DNA from: Eubacteriales bacterium
GTDB taxonomy: Bacteria; Bacillota; Clostridia; Oscillospirales; CAG-272
Direction: 5' to 3'
Length of the DNA: 34,094 nt
Assembly (NCBI GenBank): GCA_045121195.1
Contig: JBGVFO010000174.1
Location: 1 to 34,094, forward strand
A model generated the notes under the pieces. That model made no database searches and was not told where the DNA came from. It saw only the letters and a program-made list of their open reading frames with translations. Shown here piece by piece: positions 1 through 10,768 of the stretch. Each line of letters begins with the position of its first letter. Within the stretch, counting starts at the first letter, position 1. Both the position numbers and the translations under genes were made by a program.

Positions 1-2
1 AG

Positions 3-1958
<1,956 letters not shown>

Positions 1959-2522
1959 TCAAAGATTCAGATACTCCAAGATTCCCTGATAAATTCCCGT
2001 AGCGAATAAGCCGGGATTCTCGTTCATCAGCGCCGCGTCGGAGGGATTGGTGATAAAGCCAAGCTCCACCAGCACCGCGGGCATTGCCGTTTTACGAAGC
2101 ACGTAGAGCCCCGGGCGGGCGAAAACGCCGCGGTTGACAAGCCCCGTGACCTCGGTCATGCGACGCAGAATGTCCTCGGCAAAATCATACGCCACCGACG
2201 GCGCCGCGTAGACGAACGCCTCGCTTCCCGTAGCGGAGGCGGCGGTCGCCGCATTGGTGTGCAGGCTGATGAAATAATCGGCACCCCACGCGTTGGCGTC
2301 GCTCACCCGCATCCGAAGACTGGTGGAATTGGACGTGCCGATCTGGGTGTCCGCCGTTGGACGGGACAGACGCACCTCAAAATTGCCGTTGGCAACCAAC
2401 AAGTCGCGCAAGGCGATCCCCACGCGGAAGACGATGTCCTGCTCCCGCAGACCGTTCCCCTCCGCACCTGCATTGGGGTTTCTCGGATTATGACCCTGAT
2501 CTATGTAAATTTTCGTTGCCAT
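1959..2522 (-). CDS. N-acetylmuramoyl-L-alanine amidase (Amidase_3, catalytic domain only)
   Basis: IYIDQGH, E zinc ligand, FISLHTNA, LYVLRKTAMPAVLVELGFITN motifs. Confidence 0.93.
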   Translation of the reverse strand: MATKIYIDQGHNPRNPNAGAEGNGLREQDIVFRVGIALRDLLVANGNFEVRLSRPTADTQIGTSNSTSLRMRVSDANAWGADYFISLHTNAATAASATGSEAFVYAAPSVAYDFAEDILRRMTEVTGLVNRGVFARPGLYVLRKTAMPAVLVELGFITNPSDAALMNENPGLFATGIYQGILEYLNL

Positions 2523-2605
2523 AGATTCCTCCCTCTCTTATTTTTTCTGTTTTCATTGTATTCCAATTTCCGTATTTCGTTACCGAACCGAAAGGAGATA
2601 CGTCT

Positions 2606-3640
2606 ATGAATTCCATAACGGAAGCCGAATTCCGCAAGCGTCTGCAAGGACCGCTTTCGGGATGCTACCTCTTCTTCGGCGAGGAGGATTACTTAAAATC
2701 ATACTGCTTGAAGGCGGCGCGGGAGAAGATCTGCCCCGACGAGGGACTTGCCTGCTTCAACGACATCTCGGTGGAGTTTCTCAACTTTTCGGTGGAAGCC
2801 CTCACCGACGCCATGGCGGCACCGCCTATGATGTGCGACTGCAAGATCGTCACCGTCAAGTCCTTCAACTTCGGCGAGGTCAAGGCGGCGGAGGTGGACG
2901 GTCTGATCGCCCTGATGGCGGCGTACCGCGACGACCCCTCCAACCTGCTGATCCTTTCGGTCATTCCCGACGGCATCGACGTGGGAACGCCAAAGAAGCC
3001 CTCTGCCCTTTTCAAGCGTCTTTGCGAGGTCTGCACCCCCGTACAGTTTGAGGCGTCATCCCCCGCAAAGCTGGCAGCGTGGGCGATCCGCCACTTCCGT
3101 CACGAGAACATTGACGTAAGCGATTCTATGGCGCGGTTTCTCGTGGAGTATTGCGGCAAAAGCATGTATACCCTTTCCTCGGAGATCAAAAAGCTTTGTG
3201 CGTATCTCCACGCCGCGGGAAAAAGTACCGTGACCGAGGAGGATATTCGCACGGTGTCAGTCCCCGAGGAGGAGTGCGACGCCTTCGCCCTTACGAACGC
3301 CCTGATGGCAGGCGACCGCGCACGGGCGCTGACCGTGCTTTCGGTAATGCAGTTCCGTCAGGTCAAGCCCGAATACGCCATTGCCGAGATCGCCAGAATG
3401 TACTGCGAGATGTATCAGACCAAGCTTTTGATGGAAAGCGGTGTGACGGCACAGTCGGAGATCGCCAAGCTGACCCGCGTGCATGAGTATCGAACGGGAC
3501 TGTATATCCGCGCCGTGGCACGGCAAAGCACCGAGAGCCTCGCCCGCGCGGTGGCGCTCTGCGGCGACGCCGATCTCGCCATGAAATCCTACGGCAAGCG
3601 CAATTACGAGCAGATCGAAAAGCTGGTTTGCTTGCTGTAA
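2606..3640 (+). CDS. holA: DNA polymerase III delta subunit
   Basis: YLFFGEEDYL N-terminus, PPMM motif, EIKKL, 344 aa; AAGGAG RBS. Confidence 0.88.
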   Translation: MNSITEAEFRKRLQGPLSGCYLFFGEEDYLKSYCLKAAREKICPDEGLACFNDISVEFLNFSVEALTDAMAAPPMMCDCKIVTVKSFNFGEVKAAEVDGLIALMAAYRDDPSNLLILSVIPDGIDVGTPKKPSALFKRLCEVCTPVQFEASSPAKLAAWAIRHFRHENIDVSDSMARFLVEYCGKSMYTLSSEIKKLCAYLHAAGKSTVTEEDIRTVSVPEEECDAFALTNALMAGDRARALTVLSVMQFRQVKPEYAIAEIARMYCEMYQTKLLMESGVTAQSEIAKLTRVHEYRTGLYIRAVARQSTESLARAVALCGDADLAMKSYGKRNYEQIEKLVCLL

Positions 3641-3682
3641 CCCCGAGTCTTTACCATCCCAAGCATCACAGGAGGAATCACT

Positions 3683-6073
3683 ATGAAAAAGCTACTGACC
3701 GTTATCCTGATCGTTTCCATCCTTCTCGCCACCGTCGCTTGTGAGAGCGCGCCTGCAGAATCGGAGACCGAAAGCGAATCCATCGAGCTTCCATTGCCTA
3801 CCGAAAGCGAATCGGAATCCGAAACCGAGCCGCCCGAAACCGAGCCCCCTATTCCCGACCATACCGAGGTGGACTGTCGTTCGGTGAAGGATTGGAAGGA
3901 TTTCGGCTTCACTTGGGAGGGCAGCGAGCAGATCCTCGTGATCTCTCTCCCCGCCGACTGGACGATAGAGCCCTATGAGGCAGATACCTATCTTCTCTTC
4001 TGCAACGGATATGAGATCGGCAATATCAGCACCTCCGTCCCCAAGCCCGCTGTCAAAAAGGTCGTAACCGACTATTTTGAGAGCGGCATCTACCAGCTGG
4101 ACTATGAGGTGCGCCTTGTGACCCAGGGTGGCGGCTACGTGTACCGCCACGTCTTTGCCTGCTTCCTCACCACCGAGGAGGAGGATCTCCGCATCTTCCT
4201 TGAGATCGATTACGATCAGTTGGATGCCGCCGCGGCAAAATACGTTGCACAAAGCATCGGGCAGGGCTCGCGGAACGATGTTCCCCTGCGCCTCTCTCCC
4301 ATTGATAACAACGGCTCTAACAAGATCCTCGTCATTGGAAACAGCTTTATTTACACCTCCAAGATCGGTACCATCCTTGAGGAATGGCTGAAAAATGAAA
4401 AAACCTACACGCTGGAGGCCGTTTCCATCGGCATGGCGAGCGTAGAGGATTATACCGCCGCCCCGTGGATAACAAAAATTCACAACGGTACCTACGCCGC
4501 CGTCTTTATGTGCGGCTTCTACGGCGGAAACGACGTGGTTCAATTCCAATGGGCCATTGATTCTTGTGCAGTATCCAACACCGATCTTATTATGTTCCCC
4601 GCTCACAACGAATCGAAAACCCGCGTTCCCGAGGCGCGCGCCACCTATCCCGACGTCTATTTTCTCGACTGGCAGGGTAAGATCAACGCCCTCATCGACG
4701 GCGGCGTAGACTACTGGGATTTCTGTGTCAACGATACCCACAAGCACAGCACCCCCCTTGCGGGCTACGTGGGTGCCCATATGATCTACACGACCCTCTT
4801 CGGAGAGGCACCGCCCGACTACACGGGAACTGCCGTATCCATGTCGCAGGTCCGACAGCTTCTCCCCTCGTCCTTTATTGAAAAGGGACTTGCCAAGGGG
4901 GAGCGATCGTATGATATTTATTCTCTACGCGAGGGGAATTCCGTTCCCCCGTCCGATGAGGATGACGAGGTGATCTTTGACGATACCCTTCCAAACCGCG
5001 GCACCATCAAATGCCGCGCCGTTACCGAATGGCGCGAGGTGGGGCTGAATTGGAAGGACAGCACCGAGGTCATTTCTCTGAGTCTTCCCGCCGATTGGGT
5101 ACTTTGCGAGTATCAGCCCAAAACCTATCGGATCACCTGTGACGGCAAGGAAATCGGCACCGTCAGTACCCTCGTCCCCACCCCCGAAAAGCGGGACGCT
5201 AAAAAGACCCGCACATCAGACGGCATTTCTATGGAATATGAAACCCATCTGGTGAAAACCAAAGCCTCCTACGTGTACCGCCACGTCTTTTCCTTCTCGA
5301 TCAAAACGGTCAAGGAGGAGCTTCAAGTTTTCGTTTCGGTGGATTATGATCAGCTGAACGCCGACGGCATTTCCAAGATAATGTCCTCTATGCGCAAGGC
5401 GGGCTTCTGCCAGGGCAATTTTAAGATCCCCCTGTCCCAATCGGGCGGCGCTGACAAGATCTTTATTATTGGAAACAGCTTCGTCCGCACCTCCGCGGTA
5501 GGCGATTTTCTTGAAAATTTCATTGAAAACGGCAACAAGAACACGGAAGTGGTCTGGGAATCGGTCAGCGGCGCGGTGGCGCGCGTCTACAACGAAAAAA
5601 AGTATCTGGATCCCATTCGTGCGGGAGAATATTCGGTAGTCTTCTTGTGCGGTCTGTATTACGATGAGGATATCCCCATCATCGGCAAGTACCTTGAGGC
5701 ATGTCAGCAATCGGACACCCTTCTTGTTGTATATCCTGCGCACAACGAGCGTCAGCCCCAGATCGACAAAGCCAAGGAGACCTACCCGTCTGTATTCTTT
5801 ATGGACTGGAAGGAAGAGATCAACGAGATCATCGCCACGGGCGTGAGCTTCTGGGAATTCTGCGTTGACGATGCCTGGCACCACAGCAAGCCCCCCGCAG
5901 GCTATATCGGCGCGCATATGATCTATACCGCCCTTTTTGACGAGATCCCACCCGAATATACGGGGGAAAAGATCACCATGAAAAAGCTTCGCACCTTGAT
6001 TCCCGAATCCTATATCAACAGCGGCTTTACGCCTGCCGAACGGCCGATCACCGTCTATCAGCTTTGCAAATAA
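3683..6073 (+). CDS. Lipoprotein with two tandem copies of a module ending in an SGNH/GDSL-like hydrolase domain
   Basis: Lipobox LATVAC, E/T/S/P-rich linker, duplicated motifs KILVIGNSF / KIFIIGNSF, PAHNE x2, DTHKHS / DAWHHS, GYxGAHMIYT x2. Confidence 0.7.
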   Translation: MKKLLTVILIVSILLATVACESAPAESETESESIELPLPTESESESETEPPETEPPIPDHTEVDCRSVKDWKDFGFTWEGSEQILVISLPADWTIEPYEADTYLLFCNGYEIGNISTSVPKPAVKKVVTDYFESGIYQLDYEVRLVTQGGGYVYRHVFACFLTTEEEDLRIFLEIDYDQLDAAAAKYVAQSIGQGSRNDVPLRLSPIDNNGSNKILVIGNSFIYTSKIGTILEEWLKNEKTYTLEAVSIGMASVEDYTAAPWITKIHNGTYAAVFMCGFYGGNDVVQFQWAIDSCAVSNTDLIMFPAHNESKTRVPEARATYPDVYFLDWQGKINALIDGGVDYWDFCVNDTHKHSTPLAGYVGAHMIYTTLFGEAPPDYTGTAVSMSQVRQLLPSSFIEKGLAKGERSYDIYSLREGNSVPPSDEDDEVIFDDTLPNRGTIKCRAVTEWREVGLNWKDSTEVISLSLPADWVLCEYQPKTYRITCDGKEIGTVSTLVPTPEKRDAKKTRTSDGISMEYETHLVKTKASYVYRHVFSFSIKTVKEELQVFVSVDYDQLNADGISKIMSSMRKAGFCQGNFKIPLSQSGGADKIFIIGNSFVRTSAVGDFLENFIENGNKNTEVVWESVSGAVARVYNEKKYLDPIRAGEYSVVFLCGLYYDEDIPIIGKYLEACQQSDTLLVVYPAHNERQPQIDKAKETYPSVFFMDWKEEINEIIATGVSFWEFCVDDAWHHSKPPAGYIGAHMIYTALFDEIPPEYTGEKITMKKLRTLIPESYINSGFTPAERPITVYQLCK

Positions 6074-6124
6074 ACGGCGACGCCCGCCGAAAGCCCCTGA
6101 TAATTTCTTGTGAAAGGATCTCAT

Positions 6125-6982
6125 ATGAACACCGAAACCGAAAAAAACCGTGTAGAAAAAGGTACGCTGTATCTGGTGGCAACCCCCATCGGCAATCTTG
6201 GCGATCTCTCCGAGCGTGCCGTTAAGGTGCTGTCCGAGGTGGACTTTGTCGCCGCCGAGGATACCCGAAATTCTATGCGCCTTCTGACCCATCTCGGCAT
6301 TTCCAAGCCTATGGTGTCTTATTTCGAGCATAACAAGCGGGAGCGCGGCGGCGAGATCGTCGCGCGGCTCAAGAGCGGCGAGTCCTGCGCCCTCGTCACC
6401 GACGCGGGTACCCCCGCTATCTCCGACCCCGGCGAGGATATCGTTGCCCTTTGCGCGAAGGAAGGCGTGCCCGTTTCCTCGATTCCCGGCCCATGCGCCG
6501 GCATCGTGGCGCTTACCCTGTCGGGACTCCCCACGGGACGCTTTTGCTTCGAGGGCTTCCTTCCTACGGAAAAGCAGGAGCGGCGACGCCGCTTGGAGCG
6601 CCTTGCCGCCGAGGACCGAACCATGATCCTCCACGAAGCGCCTCACAAGCTCAAAAATACTCTTGACGATCTGGCAAAGGTCTTTGGCGAGAACCGCCGC
6701 ATTTCTCTTTGCCGCGAGCTGACCAAGCTCAACGAGGAGGCAATGCGTACCACACTTGGCGAGGCAGTTGCATATTATGATACTACCCCGCCCCGCGGCG
6801 AATACGTTCTCGTCATCGAGGGACGTACAGAGAACGCCGATACAGAAGATTGGTCGAGCATCGACATTCCCACCCACGTGGCGAATTACGTCTCCTCGGG
6901 CATGAGTAAAATGGACGCCATCAAGGCGGTTGCCCGCGATCGCGGCGTGCCTAAAAGCGTGATCTATAAGGAAGTACAATAA
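6125..6982 (+). CDS. rsmI: 16S rRNA (cytidine1402-2'-O)-methyltransferase
   Basis: LYLVATPIGNL, AAEDTR, DAGTPAISDPG, RELTK, RGEYVLV; start placed at ATG 6125 after AAGGA. Confidence 0.97.
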   Translation: MNTETEKNRVEKGTLYLVATPIGNLGDLSERAVKVLSEVDFVAAEDTRNSMRLLTHLGISKPMVSYFEHNKRERGGEIVARLKSGESCALVTDAGTPAISDPGEDIVALCAKEGVPVSSIPGPCAGIVALTLSGLPTGRFCFEGFLPTEKQERRRRLERLAAEDRTMILHEAPHKLKNTLDDLAKVFGENRRISLCRELTKLNEEAMRTTLGEAVAYYDTTPPRGEYVLVIEGRTENADTEDWSSIDIPTHVANYVSSGMSKMDAIKAVARDRGVPKSVIYKEVQ

Positions 6983-7155
6983 GAACCTCATAAAAATTCA
7001 CCAATATTCACCAAGTGCAGAACAGAATAGCATACAAAACCGCCAAAATCGGGAAAAGCGGCAACGAAAATGATAAAAAACCTTGATTTTCTTGCATCTT
7101 TATGCTATGATGAATTATTCTTTTTTGAATTTTCAACCGAAAGGATATGTATAAT

Positions 7156-8232
7156 ATGGAAAAGATGAAGGTCGGCGTCGTTGGCGCCACGGGTATGGTG
7201 GGACAGCGTTTTCTGATGCTGCTTGAAAACCATCCTTATTTTGAAGTCGTCGTTCTTGCGGCATCTGCCCGTTCGGCAGGCAAGACCTACCGCGAAGCGG
7301 TTGGCAATCGCTGGAAGATGACCTCTCCCATGCCCGAGAAGTATGCGGATATGGTAGTTTGCGACGCGCAGGAGATCGAGGAGATCGGCAAGAAGGTCAG
7401 CTTCGTGTTCTGTGCCGTTGATATGAAGAAGGACGAGATCCGCGCCCTGGAGGAGGCATACGCCAAGGCGGAGATCCCCGTTGTTTCCAACAACTCGGCA
7501 CACCGTTGGACCCCCGACGTTCCTATGGTGATCCCCGAGATCAATCCCGAGCATCTTGAGGTCATCGCGGCACAGAGAAAGCGTCTTGGCACCAAGCGCG
7601 GCTTCATTGCCGTCAAGCCCAACTGCTCCATCCAGGCGTACGTTCCCGAGCTGACGCCCCTTCGTAAGTACGGCATCAAGGAAGTCGTTGCCACCACCTA
7701 TCAGGCAATCTCCGGTGCGGGCAAGACCTTCAACGAGTGGCCCGAGATGATCGACAATATCATTCCCTACATCGGCGGCGAGGAGGAAAAGAGCGAGCAA
7801 GAGCCCCTTCGCGTTTGGGGTAAGGTTGAAAACGGCGAGATCGTAAAGGCAAACGATACCGTTATCACCACCCAGTGCATCCGCGTACCCGTTACCGACG
7901 GACACACGGCGGCTGTGTTTGTAAAGTTTGAGAATAAGCCCACCAAGGAGCAGATCCTTGAGGATTGGAAGAGCTTCCGCGGACTTCCCCAGGAGCTTGG
8001 ACTTCCCAGCGCTCCCGAGCAGTTCATTACCTACTTTGAGGAGGATAACCGTCCCCAGGCAAAGCTTGACCGCGATATTTACGGCGGCATGGGCGTAACC
8101 GCAGGCAGACTTCGCGAGGATACCCTTTACGACTATAAGTTCGTAGGTCTTTCCCACAATACCCTGCGCGGTGCCGCAGGCGGAGCGGTATTGATCGCAG
8201 AGCTGCTTTATAAGCTTGGATACTTCGATTAA
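7156..8232 (+). CDS. asd: Aspartate-semialdehyde dehydrogenase
   Basis: VGATGMVGQ, SNNSAHR, KPNCS catalytic Cys, QAISGAG, RVPVTDGH, HNTLRGAAG; start chosen from RBS spacing (7147 is an alternative). Confidence 0.97.
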   Translation: MEKMKVGVVGATGMVGQRFLMLLENHPYFEVVVLAASARSAGKTYREAVGNRWKMTSPMPEKYADMVVCDAQEIEEIGKKVSFVFCAVDMKKDEIRALEEAYAKAEIPVVSNNSAHRWTPDVPMVIPEINPEHLEVIAAQRKRLGTKRGFIAVKPNCSIQAYVPELTPLRKYGIKEVVATTYQAISGAGKTFNEWPEMIDNIIPYIGGEEEKSEQEPLRVWGKVENGEIVKANDTVITTQCIRVPVTDGHTAAVFVKFENKPTKEQILEDWKSFRGLPQELGLPSAPEQFITYFEEDNRPQAKLDRDIYGGMGVTAGRLREDTLYDYKFVGLSHNTLRGAAGGAVLIAELLYKLGYFD

Positions 8233-8239
8233 ATCATAA

Positions 8240-8260
8240 GGGCAGAGATATTCTCTGCCC
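8240..8260 (+). terminator. Hairpin after asd
   Basis: GGGCAGAGA-tat-TCTCTGCCC perfect stem; no U-tract. Confidence 0.5.
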
Positions 8261-8265
8261 CGTAC

Positions 8266-8287
8266 GCGGGCGTGGCGGAATTGGCAG
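8266..8287 (+). repeat. Exact copy of the first 22 nt of the downstream tRNA-Leu
   Basis: GCGGGCGTGGCGGAATTGGCAG identical to 8425-8446. Confidence 0.9.
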
Positions 8288-8424
8288 CTTCGCACACGAG
8301 CGCACCCGGTGGGTGAGTAAGCGAGTGGGCGAAGGCGCAGAAACAAGGAGCACGGCGACAAGTGGAGCCGAGCGACTATGTTTCAAGCCGTTCCGCGGCG
8401 CGGCTGCAAATAAAAACAGAATAT

Positions 8425-8509
8425 GCGGGCGTGGCGGAATTGGCAGACGCGCCAGACTTAGGATCTGGTGGTTTTCACCGTGGGGGTTCAAGTCCCTTCG
8501 CCCGCACCA
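8425..8509 (+). tRNA. tRNA-Leu (anticodon UAG), CCA encoded
   Basis: Acceptor GCGGGCG/CGCCCGC-A-CCA, D-loop GGAATTGGCAGA, anticodon arm CCAGA-CTTAGGA-TCTGG, long variable arm, GGTTCAAGTCC T-arm. Confidence 0.97.
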
Positions 8510-8515
8510 AACAGT

Positions 8516-8563
8516 AGAAATCCGAACCCAAAGCCGATAGGCGAAGGGTTCGGATTTCTTTTT
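8516..8563 (+). terminator. Element-supplied terminator after tRNA (overlaps attL arm)
   Basis: AGAAATCCGAACC...GGTTCGGATTTCT stem followed by T-tract. Confidence 0.75.
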
Positions 8564-8682
8564 GTGTTCGGTGATATGTGATGCTGACTTGCTGTTGTTG
8601 GCATCACGCCCGAGCACCGCCCAAGTAAATATCCTTGATAGTTGATGCCAAACAAACACATTTTGAAGAAAGGATATTTACG

Positions 8683-9039
8683 ATGAAAAACGAAATTACT
8701 TATACCGAACATAACGGACTTTACTACCCAGATCTTGCACTCCCCGAGCAGACGAGTTTCACTCTTGGTAAGTATGCAAACCTGCGCCTTGACTTTATAA
8801 AAAAGCATTGTCGCGGAACTTACACCACCCTGCTCACCGAAGGACGATTAAACGAACACCTACACGCCATTGATATTCATGCTCACAAATTGCTCGATGA
8901 CATAATTCCTCGCCTCGCCAAAGAACGTGGCGTAGACGAAGTTCTGAAGGCTCACAACGCGCTTCGGTGGACTGTCGAGATGAACAACATCAAAGCAAGT
9001 GCAGAAGAAATCGTTCTCAAGGAGGTCGTCTACAAATGA
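8683..9039 (+). CDS. tnpV: TnpV family protein
   Basis: ITY...GLYYPDL, LGKYA.LR..F, YTTLL..GRLNEHL..ID, MNNIKASAEEIVLKEVVY typical of TnpV. Confidence 0.9.
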   Translation: MKNEITYTEHNGLYYPDLALPEQTSFTLGKYANLRLDFIKKHCRGTYTTLLTEGRLNEHLHAIDIHAHKLLDDIIPRLAKERGVDEVLKAHNALRWTVEMNNIKASAEEIVLKEVVYK

Positions 9040-9302
9040 GAGCTATTCTTGAAGAATTATTTTACGGCAACATCTGCCCCAACACCGATTGCAGAAGTCA
9101 CGATAAAGAAACGAAGCAGTTAATGGGATACATAGCCGATCATCACGATAACCTACTCTCCACGCTAAATGATCGGCAAAAGGAAATTCTTGAAAAGTTC
9201 GATGATTGCTATAACGAGCTGACCGATATCAACGAGCGCGAGATCTTTGTGTATGCGTTCAAGTTTGGGATGAGAATAGCAATAGAGGTATTAACCGAGT
9301 AA
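9036..9302 (+). CDS. Small conserved hypothetical protein (DUF6809-like)
   Basis: ILEELFYGNI.P...F..AFKFG.RI..E pattern; ATGA overlap with tnpV stop and GGAGG RBS. Confidence 0.7.
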   Translation: MRAILEELFYGNICPNTDCRSHDKETKQLMGYIADHHDNLLSTLNDRQKEILEKFDDCYNELTDINEREIFVYAFKFGMRIAIEVLTE

Positions 9303-9369
9303 CTACATTGTTAGGCATACAGATTGCAATTTGCGTCTGTATGCCTTTTTATATTAGCGCACACAAAAT

Positions 9370-9421
9370 CCTACAAAAACCTACAAATATACTTGAAAAA
9401 CAACCCCAAATATGTTATAAT
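9370..9421 (+). promoter_or_regulatory. Sigma-A promoter with upstream direct repeats
   Basis: TTGAAA 9393-9398, 17 bp, TGnTATAAT (-10 at 9416-9421); CCTACAAA repeated at 9370 and 9380. Confidence 0.7.
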
Positions 9422-9457
9422 ATTAACTGTAAGATTATATTTTCGGGAGATAAAGAA

Positions 9458-9652
9458 ATGTCTAACAATATTGATTTGTCTGATCGCTGGTATTCCACCA
9501 AAGAAATTTGCGCTTATCTTGGAATTAGCCGCGACACTTTGCTTGTGTGGATTGCAAGCAAAAATATGCCCGCACACAAAGTAGGGCGAAATTGGAAGTT
9601 CAAGGTTAGCGAAGTGGATGAATGGATTAAAAGCGGCAAGGCAGCTGAGTAA
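9458..9652 (+). CDS. Excisionase-family helix-turn-helix DNA-binding protein
   Basis: RWYSTKEICAYLGISRDTL..WI....MPAHKVGRNWKFKVSEVDEWIKSG; GGGAG RBS. Confidence 0.9.
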   Translation: MSNNIDLSDRWYSTKEICAYLGISRDTLLVWIASKNMPAHKVGRNWKFKVSEVDEWIKSGKAAE

Positions 9653-9676
9653 AACGCTGAAAAAGGAAAAGACAGA

Positions 9677-10696
9677 ATGAACATAACATTTTTAATTGGC
9701 AATGGTTTCGATCTTAATTTAGGTCTTCGCACAAGGTATACAGATTTTTATAAGTATTATATGAAGAATAACCCAAACGATTTAATTTCAAAATCAATCT
9801 CAAAAGACTATGAATTGTGGGCTGATTTGGAAATTGGTTTAGGCGCTTTCTTGGAGAAAATCGATGAAACTCAAATAGAGGAATTTCTTGATAGTAAGCG
9901 GAATTTGGAAAAAATGCTTTCTGAATATTTAACTTTGCAAAATCAAAGAATTTCTCTTCCAAACGAGTCGGCAATTGCTGAGGAATTCAAAAAGAAAACA
10001 ACAGGCTTCTTTGATGATTTTAATGCTTCTGACAAAGATGATTATAAAAAAGCAGTTGCAAATATTCGCGAAACTATAAATTATTCATTTATAACTTTCA
10101 ACTATACCGACGTTCTTGATAAGATAATTCTTGCAGCACAACAAAAATGCAAACCTTTCGGTAACCATACGTCTGGTGGTACAGGTCACAATGATGCCGT
10201 GAAATCTGCGCACCATGTTCACGGTAAATTGACCGAAGATTTAATTTTGGGATTAGATAATAAAGATCAAATAATGAACGAGAAGTTGAAAAATAATCCT
10301 CGCTTAACAAATTACATAATTAAGTCTACAGTTAATAAGGCGTTAGGGGAAAGAAAAACAGAAATTGCCAAAGATATTATTGACAAGAGTAGATATATTT
10401 GCCTTTTTGGACTTTCAATTGGGGATACTGATGCTTTATGGTGGACATATATTATTCAATGGTTAAACAAGAGCGCCGAAAACAGATTGGTTTTGTTCGT
10501 TAATGAAAATACAATGGTACAACTTTCGGGACAGGAAAAGATTCGATTTAGAGATGCCAAAAGATCGAATATGTTGGATCGAAGCAAATGTACCGATACT
10601 AAGATTATGGAAACTGTTCAAGATAGGATAATTGTGGTTCCTAATTCCAAAATCTTTACTTTTGAGGACATTGTAGTAGAGAATGAAGTTGAGTGA
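9677..10696 (+). CDS. AbiH family (SIR2-like) abortive infection protein
   Basis: FLIGNGFDLNLG.RT.Y.DF, WADLE..LG, ITFNYT, HVHG, FGLSIGDTD motifs. Confidence 0.85.
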   Translation: MNITFLIGNGFDLNLGLRTRYTDFYKYYMKNNPNDLISKSISKDYELWADLEIGLGAFLEKIDETQIEEFLDSKRNLEKMLSEYLTLQNQRISLPNESAIAEEFKKKTTGFFDDFNASDKDDYKKAVANIRETINYSFITFNYTDVLDKIILAAQQKCKPFGNHTSGGTGHNDAVKSAHHVHGKLTEDLILGLDNKDQIMNEKLKNNPRLTNYIIKSTVNKALGERKTEIAKDIIDKSRYICLFGLSIGDTDALWWTYIIQWLNKSAENRLVLFVNENTMVQLSGQEKIRFRDAKRSNMLDRSKCTDTKIMETVQDRIIVVPNSKIFTFEDIVVENEVE

Positions 10697-10768
10697 ATCT
10701 AAAAAGATCATTGTGTTAATTTTTGAGCCAAAATCAATATGCTACTTGCGTAATTATAAGGATTTACT

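Noticed and set aside
5216-8361. Long antisense ORFs 5216-6991 and 7105-8361
   Set aside because: Shadow frames of well-supported + strand genes in GC-rich codon usage; no motifs
8266-8424. Second or intron-containing tRNA
   Set aside because: No anticodon arm, T-arm or matching acceptor 3' strand can be built; the downstream tRNA is complete by itself
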